From Coleofasciculus sp. B1-GNL1-01 (GTDB taxonomy: Bacteria; Cyanobacteriota; Cyanobacteriia; Cyanobacteriales; Coleofasciculaceae): a stretch of 45,757 bases of DNA. The notes under the pieces are model-generated. The model was given only the letters and a program-made list of their open reading frames with translations, was not told the DNA's origin and searched no databases. Below are positions 19,899-29,561 of this stretch, in pieces (the stretch's first letter is position 1; each line of letters begins with the position of its first letter). The stretch lies in assembly GCA_040220235.1 (NCBI GenBank), contig JAVJTO010000115.1; one strand, written 5' to 3'. Made by a program: the position numbers and the translations under genes.

Positions 19899-21089
19899 AT
19901 GTCAGTCGCTCATGAGAACTCTCCGGATGGGGAAGCCACCCTACAGCTTGTGCTGTTTGTCGATGAGCGCCCCAGTTCCCGGAAACATATCCATCGCATC
20001 CGCAACTATCTGGAGTCCTTGAAACAGGACTATCCGTTTGAACTGATGATAGTGGAGGTGGGAGAACAGCCCTATTTAGCCGAACATTTTAAAATTGTCG
20101 CGACTCCAGCCCTGCTGAAAATTCATCCCCAACCCCGACAAACCTTGGCGGGAACGGATTTAGTAGGACAATTGAAGAACTGTTGGTCACGGTGGCAACG
20201 CTGTATAGAAGACTATCAAGCCGAGTTAACCCAGGAGGTTATGTCATCGGCTAATGGAGATACTTCCAGTGAGAATGGCTCATCCGCCAAACGATCCATG
20301 GCATCTGCCATCGAAGTGATTCAACTCACGGACGAAATTTTTCGCCTCAATCAAGACAACGCGGCACTGAAGGAAAATATCCATTTTAAAGACCAAATCT
20401 TGTCCATGTTAGCCCATGACATCCGCAACCCTTTAACCGCCGCATCCATTGCCTTAGATACCCTGGAATTAGGTCAAAACAACCCGAATCAATCTCCTCG
20501 CCCTGAACTAACCCCCCGGCTAAAAGCCCGGTTATTGGAACAAGCGCGTATCCAACTCCGTACCATTGATCGCATGATTACGGAAATCCTGCAAGCCGCC
20601 AAAGGCAGCAACGCCGACTTTTACGTTAAACCCCGCAAACTGGCTTTAGGACCCTTGTGTCAAGATATTCTCAATCAAATGCAGGAGTCGTTCCAACTCA
20701 AATCCCAGATTGTGGAAACAGATATTCCCCAGGATTTACCCTCTGTCCATGCCGATAGTGAGTTGGTGCGTCAAGTTATCGTCAATCTGCTAGACAATGC
20801 CAACAAATACACCCCAAAAGGGGGTAAAATTCAGGTTTCTATGCTGCACCGCACCACCCAAAAAGTTCAAGTCTCGGTCTATGATACAGGTCCGGGTATC
20901 CCCGAAGAAAATCGCGATCGCATTTTTGAGAATCATTTCCGACTCAAACGCGATCAAGGCGAGGACGGGTACGGGATTGGTTTATCCTTGTGCCAACGCA
21001 TAATCCGCGCCCATTATGGTCGCATCTGGGTCGATTCCTCGCCCAAAGGTGGTGGCTGTTTCCACTTTACCCTACCCATTTATCGGTAA
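19899..21089 (+). CDS. sasA: Circadian output sensor histidine kinase SasA
   Basis: KaiB-like N-terminus (LFVDERP..VGEQPYLAEHFKIVATPALLK), H-box LAHDIRNPL, HATPase N/G1/G2 boxes. Confidence 0.9.
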   Translation: MSVAHENSPDGEATLQLVLFVDERPSSRKHIHRIRNYLESLKQDYPFELMIVEVGEQPYLAEHFKIVATPALLKIHPQPRQTLAGTDLVGQLKNCWSRWQRCIEDYQAELTQEVMSSANGDTSSENGSSAKRSMASAIEVIQLTDEIFRLNQDNAALKENIHFKDQILSMLAHDIRNPLTAASIALDTLELGQNNPNQSPRPELTPRLKARLLEQARIQLRTIDRMITEILQAAKGSNADFYVKPRKLALGPLCQDILNQMQESFQLKSQIVETDIPQDLPSVHADSELVRQVIVNLLDNANKYTPKGGKIQVSMLHRTTQKVQVSVYDTGPGIPEENRDRIFENHFRLKRDQGEDGYGIGLSLCQRIIRAHYGRIWVDSSPKGGGCFHFTLPIYR

Positions 21090-21098
21090 GCAGGCGTC

Positions 21099-21211
21099 GG
21101 GGAGATGGGGAGCTGGGGGAGATGAGGGAGATGGGGAAGATGGGGAAGATGGGGGAGATGGGGAAGATGGGGGAGATGGGGAAGATGGGGGAGATGGGGG
21201 AGATGGGGAAG
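21099..21211. repeat. 9-mer tandem repeat (GGGGAGATG/GGGAAGATG)n
   Basis: About 12 units read directly; related C-rich 9-mer array at 35617-35738. Confidence 0.9.
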
Positions 21212-21363
21212 CAGAGACGTTCCGATGAAATATCTTTTGTAGGGGCGGGTTTTACCGTTAACCTTTGGTGTTACCCTGATATAACTAAACCCGCCCCGAC
21301 CTAACCATTCAATTATCACAAAGAACGAATGACGAATGACAAATGACAAATGACAAATGACAA

Positions 21364-22935
21364 ATGACCAAAATGCGAACGACCAAAATTGAACGAGTAC
21401 GCGGCGTCAACGATGTTTTGCCCGACGATTACGCCATTACTAAACAACTGGAAGATACCCTGCGTCAATGCTTCCAATCCTTCGGCTATCGTCCAATTGA
21501 CGTGCCACTGATTGAATATACAGAACTGTATTTAAGGAAATCCGGTGAAGAAATCGCCCCCCGTCTCTATGACTTCATCTACCGCAACCGCCGCCTTTGC
21601 TTGCGCCCCGAATTTACCGCCTCTGTTGTCCGCGCTTATGTAGACAACCTGCAAGGCGTTCCCCAACCCATTCGCCTCTACTATGCGGGTTCCGCCTTCC
21701 GCTACGAACGTCCCCAGAAGGAACGCTACCGCCAGTTTAACCAAATGGGGATTGAACTGATTGGCGCGACTGGGGCGATGGCAGATGCCGAAATTATTGC
21801 GATCGCATCCCAAGGGTTAAATCGTTTAGGATTAAGCGGGTATCGCATCGTCTTGGGTCATATTGGTGTAATCTCTAAATTTCTGGATAATCTCCAGATC
21901 GAAAGTCGCCTGCGTAGCTTCCTACTCACCAACATGGAAATTTTACGCAAGGACGGCAAATCCGCCGTCGAACAGCGTTTGTGTGATATTTATCCCGCCT
22001 TTGCCCTCTATACCTCTAACCCCCAACTGAGTCCAGAACAAACGAACCCGGAAACAGTCCACAGCCAACGGTTGAGTCAACTCTTTCAGGGAATGGCAGA
22101 ATCCGACGCCCAAACTACGATTCTGGATCTCCTAGACAGCATGAACATTGAATTGGCGGGTAATCGCGACGCCCAGGAAATTGTTGATCGCCTGCTGACT
22201 AAAATAAAACGCCAAGATCAAACCGAGAGGGTCAGTAAAGCGCTAGAGTTTATGAGTCAACTGGGACAACTTGTAGGAGAACCCACGGAAGTCTTAAAAG
22301 AAGCCCAAACTCTTCTCTCTGCCCATGGCATCGATGATGCTGGACTTGAACAACTGCGTGAGATTATTAACACATTGGAATTCTATGACCTAGACTCCAG
22401 TCAAATTAGTTTAGACTTAGGACTCAGCCGAGGATTACAATACTATACAGGCATGATTTTTGAAATCTATCATGGCGCTGGCAAGCAGGAGCGACAAATC
22501 TGCGGCGGCGGTCGATATGATGATTTAGTGGGAACCTTTGGCGGACGCCAAGATACCCCAGCCACGGGCTTTTCCTACGGGATGGAACGGCTGAGATTAG
22601 CCCTAGAAGCCGAGGGCAAAGTTTGGCAAGTACAGCGACAGGTGGATGCTTTGGTTGTTCCTGTCAGTCAAGATGATGCAGGTTATGCCATTAGCGTTGC
22701 CCAAAAATTGCGACAGATGGGATTAGCTGTAGCCATGGATCTTAGAGGTAAAAGCGTTTCGAGTAACTTCCAATACGCCAACAAACAAGGCATTCCCTAC
22801 ACTATTCTCGTGGGTTCAGAGGAACGACAAGCGTCAAAAGTCGTACTGAAGCAGATGGATTCCGGAGAACAGCAGCAGCTAACCGTAAGCGACGCCGCCA
22901 AACATATTCATGATGAATTAAAACATAAGACATAA
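21364..22935 (+). CDS. Histidyl-tRNA synthetase-like protein (HisS/HisZ family) with large helical insertion and anticodon-binding domain
   Basis: RGVND, LRPEFTA, FRYERPQKERYRQF, RGLQYYTG, GGGRYD, GFSYGMER, C-terminal HGTP-type domain (YANKQGIPYTILVGSEE). Confidence 0.82.
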   Translation: MTKMRTTKIERVRGVNDVLPDDYAITKQLEDTLRQCFQSFGYRPIDVPLIEYTELYLRKSGEEIAPRLYDFIYRNRRLCLRPEFTASVVRAYVDNLQGVPQPIRLYYAGSAFRYERPQKERYRQFNQMGIELIGATGAMADAEIIAIASQGLNRLGLSGYRIVLGHIGVISKFLDNLQIESRLRSFLLTNMEILRKDGKSAVEQRLCDIYPAFALYTSNPQLSPEQTNPETVHSQRLSQLFQGMAESDAQTTILDLLDSMNIELAGNRDAQEIVDRLLTKIKRQDQTERVSKALEFMSQLGQLVGEPTEVLKEAQTLLSAHGIDDAGLEQLREIINTLEFYDLDSSQISLDLGLSRGLQYYTGMIFEIYHGAGKQERQICGGGRYDDLVGTFGGRQDTPATGFSYGMERLRLALEAEGKVWQVQRQVDALVVPVSQDDAGYAISVAQKLRQMGLAVAMDLRGKSVSSNFQYANKQGIPYTILVGSEERQASKVVLKQMDSGEQQQLTVSDAAKHIHDELKHKT

Positions 22936-23012
22936 GACAATAGAATTCACTGTTTACTGTTCACTGTTCACTGTTTACTGTTCCCTGTTCCCTGTTCCCT
23001 GTTCCCTGACCA

Positions 23013-24038
23013 ATGACAAATTACCAATCACCTGTTCGCCTCGCTCTCCCCAGTAAAGGAGCGCTGGAACGCTCGACAAGCAGCCTCCTGTCAGCCTGTG
23101 GGATGAGCGTCTTTAGACCCAGCGATCGCCAATATTTCGGCTCGATTCCTTCACTCCCTCAAATTAATGTACTTTTCCAACGGGCTGCTGATATTTTCAC
23201 CAAAGTTGAAGAAGGTAGCGTTGACCTAGGAATTACGGGCTATGATGTCGTCTGTGAAGAAGGCGTGGGTCATGATAATGTTGTAGTGATTCATGACCGT
23301 TTGGGTTACGGTAAATGTGAACTGGTATTAGCCGTTCCCGAAAGTTGGGTGGATGTCTCCTCGATTGAAGATTTAGCCGAACTCACCCTGCTATTTAAAG
23401 AAAAAGGTAAAACCCTGAGAATTGCCACGAAATACCCCAATTTAACTAGAGATTGGTTGTATGAAAAACTAATTGTCAACTTTTCCCTCGTCTCCGTCCA
23501 AGGCGCGATGGAAGCCGCACCCAGTATGGGGTATGCGGACATGATTGCCGATGTCACCAGTACGGGAACCACCCTGCGAGAAAACCGCTTGAAGCGGATT
23601 ACTGGTGGGACACTGTTAAAGTCCCAAGCCTGTCTGATTGGCAATAAACGCCTCATCCAAGACGATCCCACGAAACTGGAAACGACGAAAACCATCTTAG
23701 AATTAATTGAGGCAAATCTGAATGCCAAAAAATATGTCTCAATCACGGCGAATGTTCGGGGTAAATCAGCCGATGAGATTGGCACTTATTTGGTCAATCA
23801 TAGCGAATTGAGCGGTTTAACTGGGTTACGAGGACCCACGATTGCCAAGGTTTATTCTAAGGAAGACAAGGATTGGTATGCGGTAACGATTGTCGTTGAG
23901 CAAAACATGTTACTTGCGGCGGTTAATCATCTGAGAAAGGCGGGGGGAAGTGATATGACGATTACATCACCCGACTATGTATTTGGTTCCCAGTCTCAGA
24001 ATTATCAGGTATTCTTGGAACGGTTAAAAGAAGATTAA
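23013..24038 (+). CDS. hisG: ATP phosphoribosyltransferase, long form
   Basis: LALPSKG, DLGITGYD, IATKY, EAAP..G.ADMIADVTSTGTTLRENRL, plus C-terminal regulatory domain (GLRGPT...LRKAGG). Confidence 0.93.
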   Translation: MTNYQSPVRLALPSKGALERSTSSLLSACGMSVFRPSDRQYFGSIPSLPQINVLFQRAADIFTKVEEGSVDLGITGYDVVCEEGVGHDNVVVIHDRLGYGKCELVLAVPESWVDVSSIEDLAELTLLFKEKGKTLRIATKYPNLTRDWLYEKLIVNFSLVSVQGAMEAAPSMGYADMIADVTSTGTTLRENRLKRITGGTLLKSQACLIGNKRLIQDDPTKLETTKTILELIEANLNAKKYVSITANVRGKSADEIGTYLVNHSELSGLTGLRGPTIAKVYSKEDKDWYAVTIVVEQNMLLAAVNHLRKAGGSDMTITSPDYVFGSQSQNYQVFLERLKED

Positions 24039-24054
24039 TAAACAGGGACATCCG

Positions 24055-24813
24055 ATGAATACGATTGAAACGCAAGATAGAAAAGTTGCCAAAAGTAAGC
24101 TGAGAGACGTCCTGCAAACTTATGGAGGGGATACTAAACATGAGGCGGTAGCCGCAGCAATTGAACAACTAATATCCCTCAACCCAACAGCCGCACCTAC
24201 TCGCCAGGAAACACTCATCAATGGAAATTGGGTATTAATTAATGCGCCTAACTTTCCTGATGGAGAACGGCGACAGGATGGCAAGTATGCTTACACATTG
24301 GGGCGGCTTGCCTTTAATATGTTTGAACCCAAACAACTCAAATTGGTTATTGATCGAGTTAGCCAACCTGTCATTCCTACAGGAAAAGGGCAACAGCGAA
24401 CTCATGACATTATTGTGGAGTTTACGACTATAGACGAAAATATGACAACCTTACAAGGTATTGTTCAAAATTTAGGAACTTGCGAACCGATTCAGGATAC
24501 GATGCTGCAAGTGCAGTTTACGGGTGGAATTTTGAAGCCAAAGCAGTCTGATGATTTAGAAGCATGGATCAACCAATTTGGCGATCAGTCTCATCGTTCA
24601 AAACCGAGTCTCAAAGACAGGTTAATGTCGAATATCTTTAAAATAATGTTGGGACTTGTTCCTCCTCAAAGCATGGATCATAAAACAGGAGAAGTCTCAT
24701 TCAAAATGAAGCGATCTCCCAAGGGTAAGCTGGAACTGCTTTATCTAGATGAAGAATTACGGATTACACGAGGGGAAAAGGGTACTGTTTTAGTCTGCGA
24801 ACGGCAAAACTGA
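24055..24813 (+). CDS. PAP/fibrillin family protein
   Basis: IEQLISLNPT, GNW.L, C-terminal YLDEELRITRGEKG motif. Confidence 0.85.
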   Translation: MNTIETQDRKVAKSKLRDVLQTYGGDTKHEAVAAAIEQLISLNPTAAPTRQETLINGNWVLINAPNFPDGERRQDGKYAYTLGRLAFNMFEPKQLKLVIDRVSQPVIPTGKGQQRTHDIIVEFTTIDENMTTLQGIVQNLGTCEPIQDTMLQVQFTGGILKPKQSDDLEAWINQFGDQSHRSKPSLKDRLMSNIFKIMLGLVPPQSMDHKTGEVSFKMKRSPKGKLELLYLDEELRITRGEKGTVLVCERQN

Positions 24814-24907
24814 TTTTATTTCCCCATAGATTGTAGAGACGTTGCATGCAACGTCTCTACGGTTTAAAAGAGGCTAGTCAAACATAGTAATACCAAGTTG
24901 CAGCCTA

Positions 24908-25033
24908 ATACCAAATCCCGGTTAGCCACCCCCTTTATAATCTAGTCCGCGCAGGCGGACTTTGTTTATGTAGCTGCGACTTCCAGTCGCCAAGACAAAA
25001 GCAAAAATGGGGTTTCAACGGCGGATTTGGTAT
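24908..25033. mobile_element. MITE-like element (126 bp)
   Basis: 11-bp terminal inverted repeats ATACCAAATCC / GGATTTGGTAT; internal hairpins AGTCCGC..GCGGACT and GCGACT..AGTCGC. Confidence 0.55.
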
Positions 25034-25061
25034 CATCAATTCTCTGGTATCAATCCGCGTT

Positions 25062-26144
25062 CTAGGCTTTACTTTTAGCGCGAATTTTGGCAGGTTCATA
25101 GTAAACCGGAGATCCGTGATCAGCGACAAAATGGCAAGCCCAGTAAGAACGAATAAAACTCTTCCAAATTGACTCATTTGAGCAGCGATAATACTCGCCT
25201 AACACGGGCTTAATTGCTTCAGTTGCTGTCTTCAAGTGATAGTGGGGCATATTCAAGAAAATATGATGCGCCACATGAGTCCCGATATGATGATGAATGG
25301 GATTAATAAAGCCGTAATCCCGATCAATCGTTGATAATGCCCCTTTCAGGAAATACCAATCATCTCCCCGATACCAGGGAATATCCGGTTCGGTATGATG
25401 CATGAACGTGACCAAATCTAGCCAGATGACAAACACAACATAAGGAACCAGGTAGTATTTCACCAGAAATAGCCAACCGAACTGAAACGTCAGTCCCCCT
25501 AAAAAGGCAATCATTAGCACCCAGAGAACCGAACTGGTGACAATATCCCATTTTTCCGAGGGGCGGAATAACGGACTATTGGGCGTAAAATGGGAACCTT
25601 CGCGATCAGGCGATCGCTTAAATAGATAGAGGGGATAAGCTAGCAATGGTAAATTATAGCGGAATAGCTTTTCATACCACGGCATCTGCTTATACTTAGT
25701 CTGAGATACCGGATACCAACTTTCATCGGTTTCCAGGCTACCCGTATTGGCATGGTGAGTTCTGTGACTGATGCGCCACCCGTGGAAGGGAACCAGGATG
25801 GGAATATGACACAGATGTCCAATCAGATTATTCAGCCATTTAATCTTAGAGAAAGAGCCATGACCACAGTCATGACCCACCACAAACAACGCCCAAAACA
25901 TGGTTCCTTGCAGTACCCAAAAGATGGGGAAAAATAACCAAGAATCAAGCTTATAGGCGATGGCATAAAATCCTGCGATGATACCAATATCTAGAAAGAA
26001 ATAACTGAGAGACTTCCAGACAGAGGGTTCAAAACAATAGGCGGGAATTGCCGTTTTCAAGTCTTGGAGAGTAAAGGGTAACTCTTCTTTTTTTGTGGAT
26101 GGGGCTGTAATTGTTGCCGCCTTGAGAACTGTGTTTGATTGCAC
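25062..26144 (-). CDS. desB: Omega-3 (delta-15) acyl-lipid desaturase
   Basis: His boxes HDCGH, HRTHH and HVAHH; QGTMFWALFVVG; GALSTIDRDYG. Confidence 0.93.
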   Translation of the reverse strand: MQSNTVLKAATITAPSTKKEELPFTLQDLKTAIPAYCFEPSVWKSLSYFFLDIGIIAGFYAIAYKLDSWLFFPIFWVLQGTMFWALFVVGHDCGHGSFSKIKWLNNLIGHLCHIPILVPFHGWRISHRTHHANTGSLETDESWYPVSQTKYKQMPWYEKLFRYNLPLLAYPLYLFKRSPDREGSHFTPNSPLFRPSEKWDIVTSSVLWVLMIAFLGGLTFQFGWLFLVKYYLVPYVVFVIWLDLVTFMHHTEPDIPWYRGDDWYFLKGALSTIDRDYGFINPIHHHIGTHVAHHIFLNMPHYHLKTATEAIKPVLGEYYRCSNESIWKSFIRSYWACHFVADHGSPVYYEPAKIRAKSKA

Positions 26145-26796
26145 GAAACTTCTAATTTAATTGAAAAACCTACATTTAATCAACGACCTACCACACACAA
26201 TATGCCAGGTAAACCGGGTAAATATAGGCTTGAATTACACAAGTTTGATTGTAACCTTTTATGACCTTAGTTGTTCAAATAAATCTGAAATTAGTGGATC
26301 AGATGTTTGTCAGCCAATGACTACGCTATCGCTTCGCGGCTCATCCCATTAGCACCAAAATAGCGTTTATGCCAGATGTTGCTTTTGATCCCCATAGCGA
26401 TAACTTATAGTATCAGTCAATGTAAAACATAGTTGACACAATACTATAAATATGTATTCAGTAGTCAATCAGACGTAGCTCTAACACTATAACTAGATGT
26501 GTTGGTTTAGGCAACCTCAACCCAACCTACCATAAGAAAAGGGCGATCGCGTTCATCTTCATCCGGTGAAGCCGATCTAGCTTCTCACTATGAAAAAACT
26601 GATAGCACCCTTTTTCTAGCCATTTCAGTCAAATCGTTTTCGGTATCAATGATTACCTCAACGCACCATCATTCTGGGGACTGCCAAGGATTAGCCCACC
26701 TTGTATGAAGCTGGAAACATAGATGCTTGAGTCAGAGGAACTACAGCAACTTAACTTATAAGGTATAATTTTTGACAATTAAAACCATTCCCTCTA

Positions 26797-27551
26797 ATGC
26801 TAAAGTTCTACTATAATCCAATTTCTGCTAATGCTCGCCGAGTCTGGGTGACATTGCTAGAAAAACAAATTCTATTTGAGCCAATTTTGGTGAATTTAGA
26901 TGGAGATCACCTAAGTGATGATTTCACCGCCATTAACCCGCTTCAGCGAATTCCTGTCGTCATCGATAACGGATTTCGGATCGTTGAGTCGTTAGCAATT
27001 TTGGACTATAGCAATCCTATTTAGGTCGTGGCAATTTTCAAAAATGAAACCCTTGCTATACCTGGGTTTCGAGCATTTCGCTTGTTGCATCCTATTTAGG
27101 ATTGCTATATTTAGAGGCGAAGTATCCAACGCCATCATTGATGCCTAATGAAATTGACGCGATCGCAACGGTTCGCATGGTAGAAATGATAGCAGTTAAT
27201 GAACTTCAGCCGCTGATGATTCCGTTAACGAAACAATTAGTTGGACTAGAAGTCAATCCTGATCAAATTGACAAGGCTCGGCAACGCATAACGACGATCA
27301 TCAAATTTTATGAAAATCTTTTAGCGGGACAGACTTACTTTGTAAACAATCAAATTACCCTAGCGGATATTGTAGCTGGAACATTGGTTCCCTCCTTACC
27401 TCAATTCGGTTTATCTCTAGACAATTACCCATCCATAAAAACATGGTCACAGCAGCTTGAGCAGCGAGAAACTTGGCAACAGACATCTGTGAAACCGGAA
27501 ATGATTGAAGCCGCTATCCCAAATATGCGAGCCATTTTAGAGAAGCGATAA
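26797..27551 (+). pseudogene. Glutathione S-transferase interrupted by a MITE
   Basis: The N-terminal half (NPLQRIP..D.GF.IVESLAILDY) and C-terminal half (LEAKYPTP...ITLADI) rejoin in frame once 27009-27109 is removed. Confidence 0.9.
27009..27107. mobile_element. 99-bp MITE with TA target duplication (IS630/Tc1-mariner-like behaviour)
   Basis: TA|TAGCAATCCTATTTAGG...CCTATTTAGGATTGCTA|TA: 11-bp perfect TIR (15/17 extended); internal hairpin GAAACCC..GGGTTTC. Confidence 0.88.
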
Positions 27552-27577
27552 TCTAGAGGATCTAGACATCCGCCCGG

Positions 27578-27692
27578 AGCCCGGAGTTCAAACTCCGGGC
27601 TAAAAGCTAAAGTCCATTAAAATGGACTAAAATTCTTATCCAGTCAGCTTTAGCTGACTTGAGCTTTGAGCCAGGGATTTGAATCCTTGGCT
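27578..27692. repeat. Four-hairpin REPIN-like palindromic element
   Basis: AGCCCGGAGT..ACTCCGGGCT, AGTCCATT..AATGGACT, AGTCAGCT..AGCTGACT, AGCCAGGGATT..AATCCTTGGCT; a half copy lies at ~36591-36641. Confidence 0.7.
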
Positions 27693-27818
27693 GATTGTTG
27701 CCACTGGTATAAGATGTGAATAAAAAAGGTGGATTGGATATGAGACAATCATAGAGATAAGGCTTCCCGTTCTACAAGCTAGAATAAACAATAAAACTGC
27801 CTAAGAGAGAAAAACGCC

Positions 27819-28424
27819 ATGACTTACACCCCATCTAAACTTCTAACGTTCGATCAATTTATAGCAGAATACGGAGATAATCCCAGGTACGAACTTATTG
27901 ATGAAGAACTACGAGACATGGAACCAACAGGTTCTCATGAAGAAGTTGCTGGGACTATTGCGGGTCGAATCTATGCCGAAATTATTGGTAATCAGTTAAA
28001 CTGGCTAATTCCCAAAAGTTGTTTAATTAAACCCCTAGCGGCTGAAGCGACAGCACTACGCCCTGATGTCATTGTTTTAGACAAAGCCGAACTCAGCAAC
28101 GAACCACTTTGGCAAAAAGAGCCAATTATTTGTAATGCCAAAACCATCAAACTCCTTGCTGAAGTTGTTAGCACCAACTGGCAAGATGACTATGCCAGAA
28201 AAGTAGAAGAGTATGCAGTTATAGGCATTCCCGAATTCTGGATTGTAGACTTTCGGGGATTAGGCGGTTGGCAATTCATTGGCAACCCAAAACAACCCAC
28301 TTTTACAGTATGCCAACTCATTCAGGGGACGTATCAGCAGCAAAAATATCGCTTGGGAGATACAATTACATCTTACCTCTTGCCAAATTTACAACTAAAA
28401 CTCGATGATGTTATGCCCAATTAA
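27819..28424 (+). CDS. Uma2 family (DUF820) putative endonuclease
   Basis: RYELID, PDV, AEVVSTNWQDDY..K.EEY...GIPEFWIVD. Confidence 0.9.
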   Translation: MTYTPSKLLTFDQFIAEYGDNPRYELIDEELRDMEPTGSHEEVAGTIAGRIYAEIIGNQLNWLIPKSCLIKPLAAEATALRPDVIVLDKAELSNEPLWQKEPIICNAKTIKLLAEVVSTNWQDDYARKVEEYAVIGIPEFWIVDFRGLGGWQFIGNPKQPTFTVCQLIQGTYQQQKYRLGDTITSYLLPNLQLKLDDVMPN

Positions 28425-28461
28425 TGGTTTTTGTTTTCCTTATGGTAATCAGTACACAGAC

Positions 28462-28494
28462 AGATCCCCGACTTCTTGAAGAAGTCGGGGATCT
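28462..28494. repeat. Palindrome AGATCCCCGACTTCTT-G-AAGAAGTCGGGGATCT between convergent genes (REP-like or bidirectional terminator)
   Basis: 16-bp perfect arms read directly. Confidence 0.7.
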
Positions 28495-28535
28495 TGCGGA
28501 AGAAGACTGTACCTCATCAACCAGCCAATCTGCTG

Positions 28536-28654
28536 TAACTATCCCAAAAACAGTTTATATGCCGGATTCTGGTTTTCATCCCAATAGCGATAACCCAGAG
28601 TATCCAAAAACCCTTGCAATTCCTCCATCTAATGGGGTGGAACCTGCATTCCCA
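28536..28654 (-). pseudogene. Duplicated 3' end of ilvA (119 bp)
   Basis: 8 mismatches in 119 bp versus 29559-29677 by manual alignment; translates GMQVPPH*MEELQGFLDTLGYRYWDENQNPAYKLFLG. Confidence 0.9.
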
Positions 28655-28670
28655 GGAAAGTTTTTAGGGC

Positions 28671-29162
28671 TTATAATTCTCCTACTATTGCCAAAATTTG
28701 GTTATACAGAACTGGAGACACTTTAAACTGGTATGTAGCAATGAGTTCATCCATTAAAGGTTGAACCGCAGGAATAAACGATCGCTGTTTGGCTTCCACC
28801 AATACACCCAGTAAGCCAGTAATCCGGATACCTAGACGGTTCGCTGCTGTTCTACCACGACGCTCATCAATGAGTAACAAGTCAGCATTGATTTCCAGGG
28901 CTAAAGCAATCGCTTCAGATTCGCCTGGATCGAGTTGCACTGTAATTTGCAATTGCTCAACCATTGCGCGATCGCGAACAGATCGAACCTCAATCCATTG
29001 AAGAGTCTGTATTTCAACCGTTCCAGGAACAGGCGGATCGACCATTAATTCTTGGTAGACGGCTAGTGGAATGAAAATACAATCATAAAGCTGTTTAAGC
29101 AAGTGAAGATGTCCGATCGCCGCCAGGTTTGTTAAGACGGAAGTATCACTAATGACTATCAC
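28671..29162 (-). CDS. DUF3368 PIN-like toxin (copy 1)
   Basis: MIVISDTS..NL, LDPGESEAIALA, LLIDERRGR, GLLGVL; overlaps its antitoxin by 4 nt. Confidence 0.88.
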   Translation of the reverse strand: MIVISDTSVLTNLAAIGHLHLLKQLYDCIFIPLAVYQELMVDPPVPGTVEIQTLQWIEVRSVRDRAMVEQLQITVQLDPGESEAIALALEINADLLLIDERRGRTAANRLGIRITGLLGVLVEAKQRSFIPAVQPLMDELIATYQFKVSPVLYNQILAIVGEL

Positions 29163-29407
29163 AGCCGCCCCAATTCCCGCAGGTTTTTTAGATCTATCTC
29201 AAAGTCTTCAACATCGTAGTTATAGAGGGGTATTTGGCGCTGTTTTAGCAATTCCCGGAAGGCACCATCTGACATCTGGGCTAAGTGACTGGCGTGACCA
29301 ATCGTTAGCCGACCCGCTTGAAATAGCAATAGTGCTATTTCTTGTTTAAATTCGGCAGCTTCCATTTGACAGGCGCGAAGGGTTTCGTCAGAGATAATCA
29401 CACTCAT
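29159..29407 (-). CDS. UPF0175 family antitoxin (copy 1)
   Basis: KQEIALLLFQ..RLTIGHASHLA, YDVEDFE.DL. Confidence 0.88.
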   Translation of the reverse strand: MSVIISDETLRACQMEAAEFKQEIALLLFQAGRLTIGHASHLAQMSDGAFRELLKQRQIPLYNYDVEDFEIDLKNLRELGRL

Positions 29408-29561
29408 AGATAGTTGAAATATAGAAACCACTGCTCTTTTAGTATAACTTCTTCTTTATGGTGTCATCGGCTTTAATATTCACCCCTCTTAACCCCTTAG
29501 TAGAATCGCCTATCCCGATAGGTTGGGTTGACGCGCCGAAACCCAACATCTCTAGTCATAA

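Noticed and set aside
20990..21349. ORFs with MGEMGK, GDGEDG or PHLPHL repeats
   Set aside because: They are translations of the 9-mer DNA array in open frames; there is no evidence of coding.
26416..26437. GTCAA-N12-TTGAC palindrome between desB and GST
   Set aside because: Short, no recognisable regulator consensus, and promoter spacing is unconvincing.
28424..28726. 100-aa plus-strand ORF similar to ORF 29528-29728
   Set aside because: Both are antisense readings of the ilvA 3' end and its duplicate.
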